Source of the DNA: Candidatus Latescibacterota bacterium | GTDB lineage: Bacteria; Latescibacterota; UBA2968; GCA-2709665 | Length of the DNA stretch: 64,000 nucleotides | Assembly: GCA_965248435.1 (NCBI GenBank) | Contig: OZ252100.1 | Span: forward strand, 5,344,001 to 5,408,000 | Reading direction: 5' to 3' | Shown: piece by piece, positions 50,106 through 61,024 of the stretch | How positions within the stretch are numbered: the first letter of the stretch is position 1 | How the letters are laid out: each line of letters begins with the position of its first letter | The notes under the pieces: generated by a model | What the model was told of the DNA's origin: nothing | What the model saw: only the letters and a program-made list of their open reading frames with translations | Database searches by the model: none | Translations under genes and position numbers: made by a program

Positions 50106-51491
50106 ATGAACTTCGGCACGGCCCTGAGCAGGATAGAGCGCCCCTTTACGTTCGCAGTTGTTGGGGATACGCACTTCACAAAAGCAGAGTTTCGCACGAA
50201 TGCGGGCGACCCGGCACATCACAGCTACGACCTGACCCCTGAAGGTTACATTGAGAATGTGAGTCTGGTGCTCGCGCCGATGAGGGAGACGCTCAAATCG
50301 CTGTCCCCTGAATTCATTGTGATGACGGGAGATCTCGTAGAGGGGGGGCTCGCGGGCGGGTTTGCCCGGGCAGAGATGTCGGCGTGCCTCAGATTCCTCG
50401 ATGGCTTTGAAATCCCACTGCTTTTGGCAAGAGGTGACCACGATGAATCGGATGTCTTCGGCGACGTCGTGCTTCCTTATTTGTCGAAGCGAATGGGTTG
50501 GGAGTTCGCGACTCCCTACTATTTCACGGATGTTGCGGGCTGCCGTCTTGTCGTCTTCGATACCGGCTCCTGGACGAGCGGATGCGGCCAGTTGGGATGG
50601 TTCCAGAAGTTGATGAGAGAGTGTAAGGAGGCCCAGATAGATCGTGTTTTCGTATTTGGTCACCATCCGATCTGGCCTGTCGCACGTGCCTTTTACACGA
50701 AGTATGACTTTCATCGCGAGATTTCTGATGTGTTGGAGAAACGCTCTGTGGACGCCTATTTCTGCGGTCATACACACAACCAGAGTCTCATCGTTCGGCG
50801 TAGCGGCAGCCGGATGACACCTCAAATGATGGCTGCGCCGATCGGTTTGCCCGAAGAGGTGCCGACGCCGCTGGATCGCGTCCAGGCGCTCCTCGAGGAG
50901 CGGGGAGACAAGCCGATCTACTGGCCAGGATACCTTGCCCATACCGTGGCAGGTTGGTTTCTGGTTCACGTAAACACAGATTCCGTCCAGGTCGAATGGC
51001 ATCACGTGAATCGGGGACCCGAGGCCTCGGTTGAATGGCGACGGGCAGGCGAGATCACCTCATTCTGGCACATGAGTCATCCCCCCGACGCACGAATGAT
51101 TTCTGCCGACCTGACACGTATTCGTCGAGGGTTCCTTAGATTCTGTGCTTGGGACGCGACACAGTCTGGAAAGCGCGTTACTCTGAATGGCAGAGAAATC
51201 GGGGATTTACCTGAGTCCAACAACTTTACACCCACGAAAATGGAGCTCCCGTCCTGGGCGCTTGATGAGCTTCGCTTGGAGAATCGATTAGAGATTCATT
51301 CACCGGGTTACGAAGCGAGTACCGTAGGCAACCTCGTGCTGGAGGTCATACTCAGAGGAGGACGAGTGTTACGTACTGGACCTACAGGGGAACTCTTCAC
51401 CTGGTCGAACAGGTGGGACGAATGGCGGAACCCCAAACTCCAGAAGCTACGATCAGGCCGTCCCATCATCACTTCGCTTTCATTCCGTTGA
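50106..51491 (+). CDS. calcineurin-like metallophosphoesterase with C-terminal beta domain
   Basis: GDTH, TGDLV, GDHD, GHHP, CGHTH; RBS aggag. Confidence 0.85.
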   Translation: MNFGTALSRIERPFTFAVVGDTHFTKAEFRTNAGDPAHHSYDLTPEGYIENVSLVLAPMRETLKSLSPEFIVMTGDLVEGGLAGGFARAEMSACLRFLDGFEIPLLLARGDHDESDVFGDVVLPYLSKRMGWEFATPYYFTDVAGCRLVVFDTGSWTSGCGQLGWFQKLMRECKEAQIDRVFVFGHHPIWPVARAFYTKYDFHREISDVLEKRSVDAYFCGHTHNQSLIVRRSGSRMTPQMMAAPIGLPEEVPTPLDRVQALLEERGDKPIYWPGYLAHTVAGWFLVHVNTDSVQVEWHHVNRGPEASVEWRRAGEITSFWHMSHPPDARMISADLTRIRRGFLRFCAWDATQSGKRVTLNGREIGDLPESNNFTPTKMELPSWALDELRLENRLEIHSPGYEASTVGNLVLEVILRGGRVLRTGPTGELFTWSNRWDEWRNPKLQKLRSGRPIITSLSFR

Positions 51492-51521
51492 GCTTTCTAC
51501 AATAGGGAGTTACTCCGACGC

Positions 51522-53594
51522 ATGGCCGACCATCGATTCACGAACCGCTTGGTCCACGAGACAAGCCCATACCTTCTACAGCACGCGCACAACCCGGTGG
51601 ACTGGTTTCCTTGGGGTGAAGAAGCCCTCGCGAAGGCACGTGAGGAAGACAAACCGATTTTTCTGAGCATCGGATACTCGGCCTGCCACTGGTGTCACGT
51701 GATGGAACACGAATCTTTCGAGGATGAAGAGATCGCGCGCGTGCTGAACGAACATTTTGTTAGCATCAAACTTGATCGCGAAGAACGCCCAGACCTGGAT
51801 GAGATCTACATGAACGCCGTGCAGATGATGACGGGATCAGGGGGCTGGCCGATGAGCATGTTTCTTCGTCCTGACTGCCTTCCGTTTTACGGAGGCACCT
51901 ACTTTCCTCCGGAGAGCCGATACGGCCGTCCTGGGTTTCGCGAAATCATTGAGGCCGTCGCGCGGCAGTACAAAGAAAACCCAGAGAAGATCGAAGAGGC
52001 TTCCTCGAACCTGGTTGCGGGGCTGAAGCGGCTCACCCACTTGAAGTCGGCAGAAGGGGATTTGAACCCCGATATGCTGGAGGAGGCCTTCTCGAAGATC
52101 GCTGGAAATTTCGATCCGAAAAATGGGGGGTTTGGCACACAGCCCAAGTTCCCGAATACGATGAACCTGTCAGTGTTTTTGAGGGAATACGCAAGAACAG
52201 GGAACAAACGTGCAATTGAAATGGTCAGGCTGACGCTTGAAAAGATGTTCCAGGGTGGGATCTACGATCAACTTGGAGGTGGGTTTCATCGTTATTCCGT
52301 GGACGATCACTGGCTGGTGCCCCATTTCGAAAAGATGCTTTATGACAACGCACTCCTTGCGAGGCTGTTTCTGGAAGCCTATCAGGCAACCGGAGAGGCC
52401 GATATGGCGCGCGTCGTGCGGGAGACACTCGCGTATGTGATGCGTGAGATGACACATCCTGAAGGGGGATTCTATTCTACACAGGATGCCGACAGCGAAG
52501 GTGAAGAAGGCAGGTTCTTCGTTTGGGATCGGGAGGAGGTGATCCGACTTCTGGGTGAGGAGGATGGAACGCTTTTCTGTCGGGTTTTCGACGTTCAGGA
52601 GGGAGGGAACTTTGAGCAAGGGAAGAGCATTCTTAACATTCCTGTGGACTTGGAGACCCTGGCCCGGTTTCTCAACGAGGACGTTGGTAGATTAGAGGAG
52701 GTTGCGAATCGCGGAAGGAGAGTCTTGTTCGACGCACGAAAGAAGCGCTTCGCACCGTTCAGAGACGAAAAAGTTCAGACCAACTGGAACGGGCTGATGA
52801 TATCTGCCTTTGCACTGGCGCATCAGGTCTTTCACGAGCAGCCGTATTTGGATGCAGCCGAAAAGGCAGCGAACTTCATCCTGGACCGGATGCGAGACGA
52901 GGATGGGACCCTGCTCCACACATTCAAGGACGGGCAGGCAAAGCTGAGGGCGTACCAGGACGACTACGCCAGTTTTATATGCGCACTTATCGATCTTTAT
53001 GAGACGACGTTTGAAGCACGATGGCTGGAGGTCGCCCTCGAGCTGACGGAGAACATGCTCGATTCATATTGGGACGATGCTGAAGGGGGGTTTTTCTTCG
53101 TTGGAGAGGATCACGAGGCCCTGATCGTGCGGTCCAAAAATCCTTATGACAACGCACTCCCGTCTGGAAACGCATTGGGGGTCATGGCCCTTCTCCGACT
53201 AGGTAGCCTTTTGGGCCGCGAGGATTTCTGGGATAGGGCGGAGCGGAATCTGAAGCTTTTCGAGCGCAATCTCCAGGAAGTACCATCCGGGTTCGGACAT
53301 ATGCTGTGCGCGCTCTACTACTTCCTGGAGCGTCCCGTAGAGATCGCCGTGATCGGGGCGCCGGAACGGAAAGAAACGAAGGCGCTTCTTGAAATTGCAT
53401 TCAAACGGTGGATCCCCAACCGGGTGATTGCCCTGCTCAACCCAGGGGATGGGATGCAGGACCTCATTCCATCGGTGCTCGACAAGGCCCAAGTCGATGG
53501 GCGACCCACGGTCTATGTCTGCAAAGATTTTGCCTGTTCCGCGCCCGTCACCCAGCCTGACGATCTGGATGGTCTGCTCGGGGGCAGTCCCTGA
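51522..53594 (+). CDS. YyaL/SSP411 thioredoxin-domain protein (DUF255)
   Basis: [40 protein letters not shown]. Confidence 0.95.
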   Translation: MADHRFTNRLVHETSPYLLQHAHNPVDWFPWGEEALAKAREEDKPIFLSIGYSACHWCHVMEHESFEDEEIARVLNEHFVSIKLDREERPDLDEIYMNAVQMMTGSGGWPMSMFLRPDCLPFYGGTYFPPESRYGRPGFREIIEAVARQYKENPEKIEEASSNLVAGLKRLTHLKSAEGDLNPDMLEEAFSKIAGNFDPKNGGFGTQPKFPNTMNLSVFLREYARTGNKRAIEMVRLTLEKMFQGGIYDQLGGGFHRYSVDDHWLVPHFEKMLYDNALLARLFLEAYQATGEADMARVVRETLAYVMREMTHPEGGFYSTQDADSEGEEGRFFVWDREEVIRLLGEEDGTLFCRVFDVQEGGNFEQGKSILNIPVDLETLARFLNEDVGRLEEVANRGRRVLFDARKKRFAPFRDEKVQTNWNGLMISAFALAHQVFHEQPYLDAAEKAANFILDRMRDEDGTLLHTFKDGQAKLRAYQDDYASFICALIDLYETTFEARWLEVALELTENMLDSYWDDAEGGFFFVGEDHEALIVRSKNPYDNALPSGNALGVMALLRLGSLLGREDFWDRAERNLKLFERNLQEVPSGFGHMLCALYYFLERPVEIAVIGAPERKETKALLEIAFKRWIPNRVIALLNPGDGMQDLIPSVLDKAQVDGRPTVYVCKDFACSAPVTQPDDLDGLLGGSP

Positions 53595-53666
53595 GCGCAC
53601 GCGCCCCAAAACAGGTCAATGGAAGGGAGGCTCTGCTGAGAAAAAGGCAGGGCCTTTTGAATTTGA

Positions 53667-54251
53667 CTACAGTGCCTTGTACTTCAGCTTTCGAGGCTCG
53701 ATGGAAACGGACTCGATGACGACCCTGGAGACCGGATTGTCGTTTTCGTCTCGGGCTACCTTTGAGATTTCTTCTGCGACATCCATGCCCTCGATCACGT
53801 AGCCAAAAACCGTGTAGCTGTGGTCGAGGGCCGGCTGAGGTTCGAGGCATATGTAGAACTGGCTGCCGCTGGATTCCCACTTTGGGTTTACCTCATCCGG
53901 TAGCCTTGCAGCAGCTACCGCCCCGCGAGTGTGCTGATGTCGGACCTCCGCCGGAAGCGTATATCCCGGGCCCCCAAGCCCATCATTGGAGCGCTCGGTG
54001 TCTTTCGTGTTGGGGTCCCCCCCCTGGACGACGAAGCCCGGTATCACACGGTGAAAGGCAAGATTGTTGTAGAAGCCATCGCTCGCCAGTTTCTTGAAGT
54101 TCGTTGTCGTCCTTGGCGCATCCTTATGGAACGCGATGACGATACGACCCATACCGGTTTTGATCACGCCAACTTCGTCGACGACGTCTGCCTCACAGGC
54201 CGCCAGGGCAAGACATGGCAACACACACGAAAAGAATCTCGATCTCGTCAT
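53667..54251 (-). CDS. cyclophilin-type peptidyl-prolyl isomerase (lipoprotein)
   Basis: FHRVIPGFVVQGGDP, SQFYI, YTVFG; lipobox LAAC. Confidence 0.93.
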   Translation of the reverse strand: MTRSRFFSCVLPCLALAACEADVVDEVGVIKTGMGRIVIAFHKDAPRTTTNFKKLASDGFYNNLAFHRVIPGFVVQGGDPNTKDTERSNDGLGGPGYTLPAEVRHQHTRGAVAAARLPDEVNPKWESSGSQFYICLEPQPALDHSYTVFGYVIEGMDVAEEISKVARDENDNPVSRVVIESVSIEPRKLKYKAL

Positions 54252-54289
54252 TCTCTCTCCTTAGGTCCGTGTAGTGAATGAAGTCCAGA

Positions 54290-54877
54290 TCAATAGAAGG
54301 ATTTAGGTCCCTTCCTTGGACGCTTGACCGGCGCGGGTTCCTCTCCATCGGAGATGGCATTCTCATCCAGGATCTTTCTGGACACATAAATAGGGATATC
54401 CATTCGCACGGCGAGGGCCATCGCGTCGCTCGGCCTGGAATCGACCTGTAGGCGCAGATCATCGTCCCGCTGCAAGTTTAGGACGGCAAAGAATGTAGCG
54501 CCCTCTCTTTGCGGATCCGTGGGCCGCAATTCGTCTACCAGGATAGAGGTGATTCGAATGTCGGTGGCCTCCAAAACCGTATGAAAGAGGTCGTGCGTCA
54601 GCGGACGCGGGAATTCCTTGTTGTAGAACCTTCGCCAGATTGCCTGACCCTCACAAGGCCCGATCCAGATACGGAGAAACCGCTTCCCGAGCGGATCGTG
54701 GAGCCTCACGATGTACTGGTTCTGATGGTCCCGTTTGACGTCGTAAACCTCTGTCCTTACCGCTTCCGAAGGGGTCTCCTGGACCTGGTTTGGAGCCGAC
54801 CGCGCCCGGCCAGCGAAGCAGGTCGCAAGAGTGATAAGCGGTAGATATAACCTCACGAACCGAAAGCCAAAATTCAT
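54290..54877 (-). CDS. bifunctional nuclease family protein (DUF151)
   Basis: IWIGPCEG, RPLTHDL, DSRPSDAMALA. Confidence 0.9.
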   Translation of the reverse strand: MNFGFRFVRLYLPLITLATCFAGRARSAPNQVQETPSEAVRTEVYDVKRDHQNQYIVRLHDPLGKRFLRIWIGPCEGQAIWRRFYNKEFPRPLTHDLFHTVLEATDIRITSILVDELRPTDPQREGATFFAVLNLQRDDDLRLQVDSRPSDAMALAVRMDIPIYVSRKILDENAISDGEEPAPVKRPRKGPKSFY

Positions 54878-54976
54878 ACCAAGTCTCCCGTAGAAGGCCA
54901 ATCGTCCAGCAAAATATAAGGGGGGGCCTTTTACGAAGCAACTTGAAATCCAGGAAATTTGCGTTCGGTTTGTTTA

Positions 54977-55005
54977 TTGACAAGCAGTTATGAATATCCT
55001 ATGTT
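54977..55005 (+). promoter_or_regulatory. sigma70 promoter of the yicC-gmk operon
   Basis: TTGACA-17 bp-TATGTT. Confidence 0.65.
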
Positions 55006-55077
55006 TAGAGGCTTTGGAAATTTCCTTGTGCTCTGGCGGTTTTTTTGCGATTTCACGTGCGGTTTGTGGGTGAGACG

Positions 55078-55956
55078 ATGGTAACAAGCATGACCGGATT
55101 CGGGAGGGGGGATGCGGAGTCTGATGGCCTTTGGGCATCCGTCGAAATCCGAGCAGTCAACGGCCGATATGGCGACGTCTCGGTGCGCCTTCCAAGGAGT
55201 CTTGCAGAACTGGAGCCCAGGATCAAGGAGATCGTCCTCTCAACGATTTCTCGGGGCCACGTAGAGGTTTCGGTGTTCTTGAAGGGGGGTGAGGTGGAGC
55301 ACGGCATGCCAGTATTAAACGTCGACATCCTCCAGGCGTATCGAGAAGGCATCGAGCAGATCAAGGCCAGAATGGGCTCCTCCTCAGAAGTCGACCCGCT
55401 GAAGATGGCTCTCCTACCCAACATCTTTGATTATGAACCTGCTTCACCCGATCTAGAGGTCGTTTGGACCCTGGTCGAGCCGGCCTGCAAGAAGGCTTTG
55501 GCAGGATGTCAGCTTATGCGAGTCGAGGAAGGCCAAAAACTCAGGTTGGAGTTTCTTGGTAGAGTTGAGATCCTGGAGTCGCTCCTTACTCGAGCTGAGG
55601 AACTTGCTCCCGCACGCATCGGATCGATCCGCCAGAAGATTGAGGAAAAACTCAGAGAGTATTTGGCACCAGAGGAGTTTGATAAGAATCGCGTCCTGAT
55701 GGAGGTCGCCATACTCGCAGAGCGAAGTGATATGACAGAGGAGTTCGTCCGCTTTCACAGTCACAATACACAGTTTCTCGAGACGCTGGAGCGAGATGAG
55801 GCCGTGGGGCGACGTCTGAACTTTCTGCTTCAGGAGATTCTCCGGGAGGCGAACACGATTGGGTCCAAAGCCGGGGATGCGGACATCGCTCACCTGGTCG
55901 TTGAGATGAAAGAGGAGATCGAGAAACTCAAGGAGCAGGTACAGAACGTCGAATGA
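55078..55956 (+). CDS. yicC: YicC/YloC family endoribonuclease
   Basis: SMTGFG, VNGRY, GRRLNFLLQE..REANTIGSK, EQVQNVE. Confidence 0.95.
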   Translation: MVTSMTGFGRGDAESDGLWASVEIRAVNGRYGDVSVRLPRSLAELEPRIKEIVLSTISRGHVEVSVFLKGGEVEHGMPVLNVDILQAYREGIEQIKARMGSSSEVDPLKMALLPNIFDYEPASPDLEVVWTLVEPACKKALAGCQLMRVEEGQKLRLEFLGRVEILESLLTRAEELAPARIGSIRQKIEEKLREYLAPEEFDKNRVLMEVAILAERSDMTEEFVRFHSHNTQFLETLERDEAVGRRLNFLLQEILREANTIGSKAGDADIAHLVVEMKEEIEKLKEQVQNVE

Positions 55957-56633
55957 GTGCTCGGATTGAAGAGAACAGATTTGTTATGACAAAGTCCTTC
56001 GATCAGGCTCCACCCGTCGCTTTGGATACACGTTCATTTGCCCTCATCGTGGCAGGACCCTCTGGTGTCGGAAAGACTTCGATCTGTCAAGGGATCATTG
56101 ACAAAGACCGTTTGGTACAAGCCTGTGTGACCACGACGACACGCCCCAAAAGGTCTGCTGAAGTCGATGGTGTAGATTATCAGTTCGTGTCTGAGGATGC
56201 TTTCAATCGTATCGTAGAAGCAGGAGAATTTGTCGAGTGGGCGGAAGTGCACGGCTACCTTTATGGGGCCACTTCCGAAGCTGTGGCCAAAGCACTTTCC
56301 GGCGGCCAGGTGATGCTCCTGGATGTGGATGTCCAGGGAATGAAAACGTGGAAAGCGGCGCTGGAGGATAGATGTGTAACCGCCTTCGTTGTTCCTCCTT
56401 CTATCGAAGTGCTCAAGAAACAGTTGGAGGAAAGAAAAACCGAAGACGAGGCCTCGTTCAAGACGCGCATGGAGGGTGCTCAAAGGGAATTGAGTGAAGC
56501 AGATGGATTCGACTATTTGATCGTTAATCATGACCTTCAACAGGCCATTTCTGATTTGGAGGCGATCATCAGCGCTGAGCGATGTCGCCCCCGCAGAATG
56601 CGCAACGCCCTCTCAAGGCTATTGGATCATTGA
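55953..56633 (+). CDS. gmk: guanylate kinase
   Basis: GPSGVGKT, TTRPKR..EVDGVDYQF, EWAEVHG..YG. Confidence 0.95.
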   Translation: MSARIEENRFVMTKSFDQAPPVALDTRSFALIVAGPSGVGKTSICQGIIDKDRLVQACVTTTTRPKRSAEVDGVDYQFVSEDAFNRIVEAGEFVEWAEVHGYLYGATSEAVAKALSGGQVMLLDVDVQGMKTWKAALEDRCVTAFVVPPSIEVLKKQLEERKTEDEASFKTRMEGAQRELSEADGFDYLIVNHDLQQAISDLEAIISAERCRPRRMRNALSRLLDH

Positions 56634-56696
56634 AGATTGATGGAGGTTTCTTCAGGTGCAAGCTCAAGGATCCTAGATCCAGGAGGTGTGTGGTTC

Positions 56697-56969
56697 ATGG
56701 CAGACATTTTTTTCATAGAGGATATCAGCGGTGATGACATGAATCCTTATGAGGCGGTGACGCTCGCCTCTCGAGAAGCCAGGCGTGTCAACCAACTACG
56801 CTTGATCGGGGACCTGCCGGAAGAGACTGAAAAACCGACGACCTTTGGATTGAGTCGCCTGGCAAATAAGGAGATTGGCCTTAGCTATGTTGAAGAGGCC
56901 TCCGACCAGGAAATAGGAGAGCAGGAGGATGCCACTTCTCAGGAAAAGCCGGATACTTCTGGGGATTAG
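56697..56969 (+). CDS. rpoZ: RNA polymerase omega subunit
   Basis: NPYEAV..ASREARRVN...KPTT; lies between gmk and coaBC; RBS aggagg. Confidence 0.8.
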   Translation: MADIFFIEDISGDDMNPYEAVTLASREARRVNQLRLIGDLPEETEKPTTFGLSRLANKEIGLSYVEEASDQEIGEQEDATSQEKPDTSGD

Positions 56970-58128
56970 CGGGGGAATTGCGGCATATAAGAGTGTAGAG
57001 GTCTTGCGCCGCCTTCTGCGAATCGGTGCAGAGGTGCGGGTGGTGATGACCCCATCTGCACGCCAGTTTATTCAACCGCTGACCTTTGAAGTCCTCTCCC
57101 GTCACCGGGTCTACACGGAACTCTTTCCCGAACGAGAAAATACCGAAGTTGCGCACGTCACCCTGGCAAACTGGCCGGACCTGATCCTTGTGGCTCCGGC
57201 GACGGCTCATCTGATCGGCAGGATGGCCAACGGGTTGGCAGACGATCTGTTGACGTGTATTCTTCTGGCCACGCGTGCCCCGGTGGTGCTGGCGCCCTCG
57301 ATGGAGAGCGCAATGTACGAGCACGCCGCGGTGCAGAATAACATTCAAAGGCTGCACCGAGCGGGTTACCAACTCTTGGAACCGGAAAGCGGTGAGCTCG
57401 CCTCCGGGGAGGTGGGTGTGGGCAGGCTGCCGCACCCCGATCGGATCGTTTCCGCCGTCGAGGAGAGATTGGAGAAGAGCGATGCATTCGCGGGCAGGAA
57501 GATCGTGGTGACTGCATCGCGCACTGAGGAAGATATCGACCCGGTTCGATTTATCACGAATAGATCTTCTGGAAAGATGGGATATGCAGTTGCAAGTCAG
57601 GCCCACCGGAGAGGGGCGGAGGTGGTCCTTGTCAGCGGACCGACGGCCCTGGATGCACCGTCCGGAGTCGAAGTGGTCCCGGTGCGGACCGTCTCAGAGA
57701 TGCGCAACGCCACAACGGCCGCGTTTCAAGATGCCGACGTGCTGATCATGGCCGCTGCCGTGCTGGATTTTAGACCTAAGCGCGTTGCGCATTCAAAGAT
57801 CAAGAAGGGAGGCAACGGCTTACGCCTGGATCTCGAACCCACTGAAGACATCCTTTTGGATCTGGGACCGGAAAAAGGGAGCCGGATGCTCGTCGGATTC
57901 GCAATGGAAACTGAAAATGGCCTGGCCAACGCCAGGAAGAAGCTGAAAGCCAAAAATCTTGATCTGATCGTATTGAATGACATTACCGTGGAGGGGTCGG
58001 GTTTTGGTGGCGACACAAACCAGGTGACCCTGGTTGATCGGTCAGAGTCCGTCGAAAAATTGCCCAAGATGACGAAGGCCGAAGCGGCTGAACGAATTCT
58101 AAACTGGATCGGCGCGCGATGGCAATAG
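56929..58128 (+). CDS. coaBC: phosphopantothenoylcysteine decarboxylase/ligase
   Basis: GGIAAYK, APATA, IDPVRFITNRSSGKMG, GFAME. Confidence 0.97.
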   Translation: MPLLRKSRILLGISGGIAAYKSVEVLRRLLRIGAEVRVVMTPSARQFIQPLTFEVLSRHRVYTELFPERENTEVAHVTLANWPDLILVAPATAHLIGRMANGLADDLLTCILLATRAPVVLAPSMESAMYEHAAVQNNIQRLHRAGYQLLEPESGELASGEVGVGRLPHPDRIVSAVEERLEKSDAFAGRKIVVTASRTEEDIDPVRFITNRSSGKMGYAVASQAHRRGAEVVLVSGPTALDAPSGVEVVPVRTVSEMRNATTAAFQDADVLIMAAAVLDFRPKRVAHSKIKKGGNGLRLDLEPTEDILLDLGPEKGSRMLVGFAMETENGLANARKKLKAKNLDLIVLNDITVEGSGFGGDTNQVTLVDRSESVEKLPKMTKAEAAERILNWIGARWQ

Positions 58129-58811
58129 ATGTGGGAGAAACCCCGGCGAGCGTCGAAGGCCTGGATGCCTTTCGCCTCGCCAGGGAGTATCTAAAGCAGC
58201 AAACCGAACTCGGGCTCACCCATCTGCCCGCGGCCAGTGCCAATGCATCCGCCGAGCATCGGCTTGCCACATTCCACGATTCCATCCGGAATTGCCAGGC
58301 TTGCCGGCTTTCCAAGGGACGCCGCGTGGTGGTGTTCGGAAGCGGGTGTCCAACCGCAGACGTCCTCTTCGTCGGGGAAGCACCCGGAAAGGACGAAGAC
58401 CTGCAGGGACTGCCTTTTGTGGGCGCGGCGGGGGCGCTGTTGACTCGGATGATCGAATCGATTGGGCTTAGACGAGATGATGTCTATATTGCCAACGTCA
58501 TCAAATGCCGTCCCCCGAATAACCGGGATCCTGAACCCGATGAAATCTCAAAGTGTGAGCCCTACCTTCATCGACAGGTCGAAATCATAAGCCCGATCGT
58601 GATCTGTTCACTCGGCCGGTTCGCCGCCCAGGTACTCCTGCAGACGAACGAGTCCATGGGGAAGCTTCGGGGTCGCCTGTTTGCTTACAGGGGCATTAAG
58701 TTGATTCCGACATACCACCCCGCCGCCCTCCTCCGAAATGCACATTGGAAGCGGCCAGCATGGAATGATCTCAATCTGCTTCGGAGTGAATATGATAGGT
58801 TGCGGCAGTAG
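58119..58811 (+). CDS. family 4 uracil-DNA glycosylase
   Basis: CQACRL, GEAPG, PFVG, KCRPPNNRDP, YHPAALL. Confidence 0.93.
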   Translation: MAIDVGETPASVEGLDAFRLAREYLKQQTELGLTHLPAASANASAEHRLATFHDSIRNCQACRLSKGRRVVVFGSGCPTADVLFVGEAPGKDEDLQGLPFVGAAGALLTRMIESIGLRRDDVYIANVIKCRPPNNRDPEPDEISKCEPYLHRQVEIISPIVICSLGRFAAQVLLQTNESMGKLRGRLFAYRGIKLIPTYHPAALLRNAHWKRPAWNDLNLLRSEYDRLRQ

Positions 58812-58838
58812 CCGTTTTGATTGACAACACCCTTTTGA

Positions 58839-60257
58839 ATGCCTGGCACACACACAATGACGACCGAGCAACTCAAAGCGCCATCACAATCGCAATCTGC
58901 GGACCGGATTCAGCCTAGAGCGGTAGAGGTGGAAAGAGCCGTACTGGGTGCAATGTTGATTGATAAAGGCTCTATCGGACGCGTCCTGGAGGTCGTCGGG
59001 GACGAAACCGCATTCTACCACTCCGCACATCGAAAGATCTACTCAGCGATCGTTGGCCTCTACGACAGGGGCGAACCGGCGGATCAGATTACCGTAACGG
59101 AGGAACTCAACCGAAGGGGAGAGCTCGAGAGGGCAGGAGGTGCCGTCGAGATCGCCGGATTGGCAGGGGAAATGGCGACGGCGGTCAACGCGGAATATCA
59201 CGCGAAGATCATTCTGGATCGGGCGCTCCGAAGGCGGCTGATCGAAGCCGCGACTCAGACGGCAGCCGAATGTTATGAGGAAAGCGAGGAAATTCGCGAG
59301 GTCATCGACCGAGCGGAGCAGCGCGTGTTCGGGATCGCCGAGCGTGAGTTTGGTAAGGGTATCGTAGCTCTTCAGCCTGTGCTGCACGAGGCCGTGGCGA
59401 TCATTCAGAAAGCACAGGAACGTTCTGGGGCGCTCTCTGGTGTCACGACCGGGTATAAAGATCTTGATGAGATTACGGCGGGCCTCCAATCCTCAGACCT
59501 TATCATCATTGCGGGCAGACCGTCCATGGGAAAGACGGCGCTTTCCCTTTGTGTTGCCAGGAATGCGGCCGTTAAAGAGAACACTCCGGTGCTTATTTTC
59601 TCTTTGGAAATGTCTCTACAGCAACTGGCGCAGAGGCTGCTTTGTTCCGAAGCACGCGTGAATTCTCATCGCCTGAGGACCGGGAGGCTGTCGGAAGAGG
59701 AGTGGCAGCGTCTGGCTCACTGGATCGGGAAGCTTGAAAAGGCCCCGATCTTTATCGATGACACACCCGGTCTCACCGTGCTGGAGATAAGGGCCAAGGC
59801 CCGAAGGGCAAAGGCCGAGCACAACATCGGCATGGTCATCGTGGACTACCTGCAGCTCGTGAGTGTCAATGAGCGTTCGGACAATCGTGAGCAGGAGATC
59901 GCCCGGGTTTCCCGTTCCCTGAAATCGCTCGCGAAGGAACTCGATCTTCCTGTCATCGCCTGCGCACAGCTTTCCCGTGCCGTAGAGGCGAGGGAAAAGA
60001 GGCGGCCGCAATTGTCAGATTTGAGGGAAAGTGGGAGCCTTGAGCAGGACGCCGACGTTGTGATGTTTCTCTATAGACCGGAAGTGTATGACCTTCCTGA
60101 TGAGGAGGGCAACAGTCAGGAGGGGGTCACGGAGGTGATTATCGGGAAGCAGCGCAACGGTCCAACCGGGAGTGTTTATCTCACTTGGTTAGGTGAATAC
60201 GGGCGTTTTGAAGAGCCTGAAATGTATCGGGACCCGATATCTTCGGGGCAGATTTAA
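58839..60257 (+). CDS. dnaB: replicative DNA helicase
   Basis: GRPSMGKT, FSLEM, VDYLQL, AQLSR, DLRESGSLEQDAD, KQRNGP; no intein. Confidence 0.98.
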   Translation: MPGTHTMTTEQLKAPSQSQSADRIQPRAVEVERAVLGAMLIDKGSIGRVLEVVGDETAFYHSAHRKIYSAIVGLYDRGEPADQITVTEELNRRGELERAGGAVEIAGLAGEMATAVNAEYHAKIILDRALRRRLIEAATQTAAECYEESEEIREVIDRAEQRVFGIAEREFGKGIVALQPVLHEAVAIIQKAQERSGALSGVTTGYKDLDEITAGLQSSDLIIIAGRPSMGKTALSLCVARNAAVKENTPVLIFSLEMSLQQLAQRLLCSEARVNSHRLRTGRLSEEEWQRLAHWIGKLEKAPIFIDDTPGLTVLEIRAKARRAKAEHNIGMVIVDYLQLVSVNERSDNREQEIARVSRSLKSLAKELDLPVIACAQLSRAVEAREKRRPQLSDLRESGSLEQDADVVMFLYRPEVYDLPDEEGNSQEGVTEVIIGKQRNGPTGSVYLTWLGEYGRFEEPEMYRDPISSGQI

Positions 60258-60281
60258 AACGCCTTCATTAATGAGGTTAAG

Positions 60282-60923
60282 ATGGATTCGGCGAAAAGAT
60301 CACACGTCTGGCTTTCGAAACTGCTTTCGCTCATGTTGAGACACAGACCTGATGAGTTTGGGGTCACGCTGGACGCTAAAGGGTTTGGTGATCTGGAGGA
60401 GGTCCTCCAGGCGCTGCAGGACAGGGATCAGGGCGTGGGGATCGAGGATATCGAATCGGTGGTATACAAGTCTGAGAAGCAACGATTCGAGATCGCGGAA
60501 GGACGCATACGCGCTCGTTATGGTCACAGCATTCCCATCGAGCTGGATGCAGATCCGATAGAGCCTCCAGAATACTTGTATAAAGGGATCGATCTGGAGG
60601 ATGTAGAACAGGTGCTAAAGGAGGGGCTAAGTCCCACCGACCGTCGTTACGTGCACCTTTCCTTTGACTCGAACGTTGCCTCACGTCTTGGCGGGAATCG
60701 GAGTAGGCCAGGGGCTGTTGTTCGCGTGGATGCACTTCGTGCCCACCAGGAAGGCATTCCCTTTTACGACTGTGGTCCAACGATCCTCACTCCCGAGGTA
60801 TCGCCGGAATTTATCACGCTCGAGGAACAGGTCGAAGCGCGGCATGTTTCGGGGAGTGAAGAGGCCGAGAAACAGGGGCCGGTCTCCTATGGCCGAAAGC
60901 GCAGGTTTGGGGGAAGGAAGTAG
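60282..60923 (+). CDS. kptA: RNA 2'-phosphotransferase (Tpt1/KptA)
   Basis: LSLMLRH, KQRFE, IRARYGHS, RRYVHLS. Confidence 0.9.
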   Translation: MDSAKRSHVWLSKLLSLMLRHRPDEFGVTLDAKGFGDLEEVLQALQDRDQGVGIEDIESVVYKSEKQRFEIAEGRIRARYGHSIPIELDADPIEPPEYLYKGIDLEDVEQVLKEGLSPTDRRYVHLSFDSNVASRLGGNRSRPGAVVRVDALRAHQEGIPFYDCGPTILTPEVSPEFITLEEQVEARHVSGSEEAEKQGPVSYGRKRRFGGRK

Positions 60924-61024
60924 CTGCCCACATCGTGTGGGGGTAGAACGATTTCCAATCCGATGGGGACCATTCGATAAGGGATGGTCTTTTTAGACTC
61001 TCGATCGTCTAAGAGTTATCGTCG

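Noticed and set aside
50082-51005. 307-aa antisense ORF (and similar ones at 48329-49063, 56881-57606, 31999-32805)
   Set aside because: Fully overlap well-supported genes on the other strand; expected in GC-rich coding DNA; no motifs.
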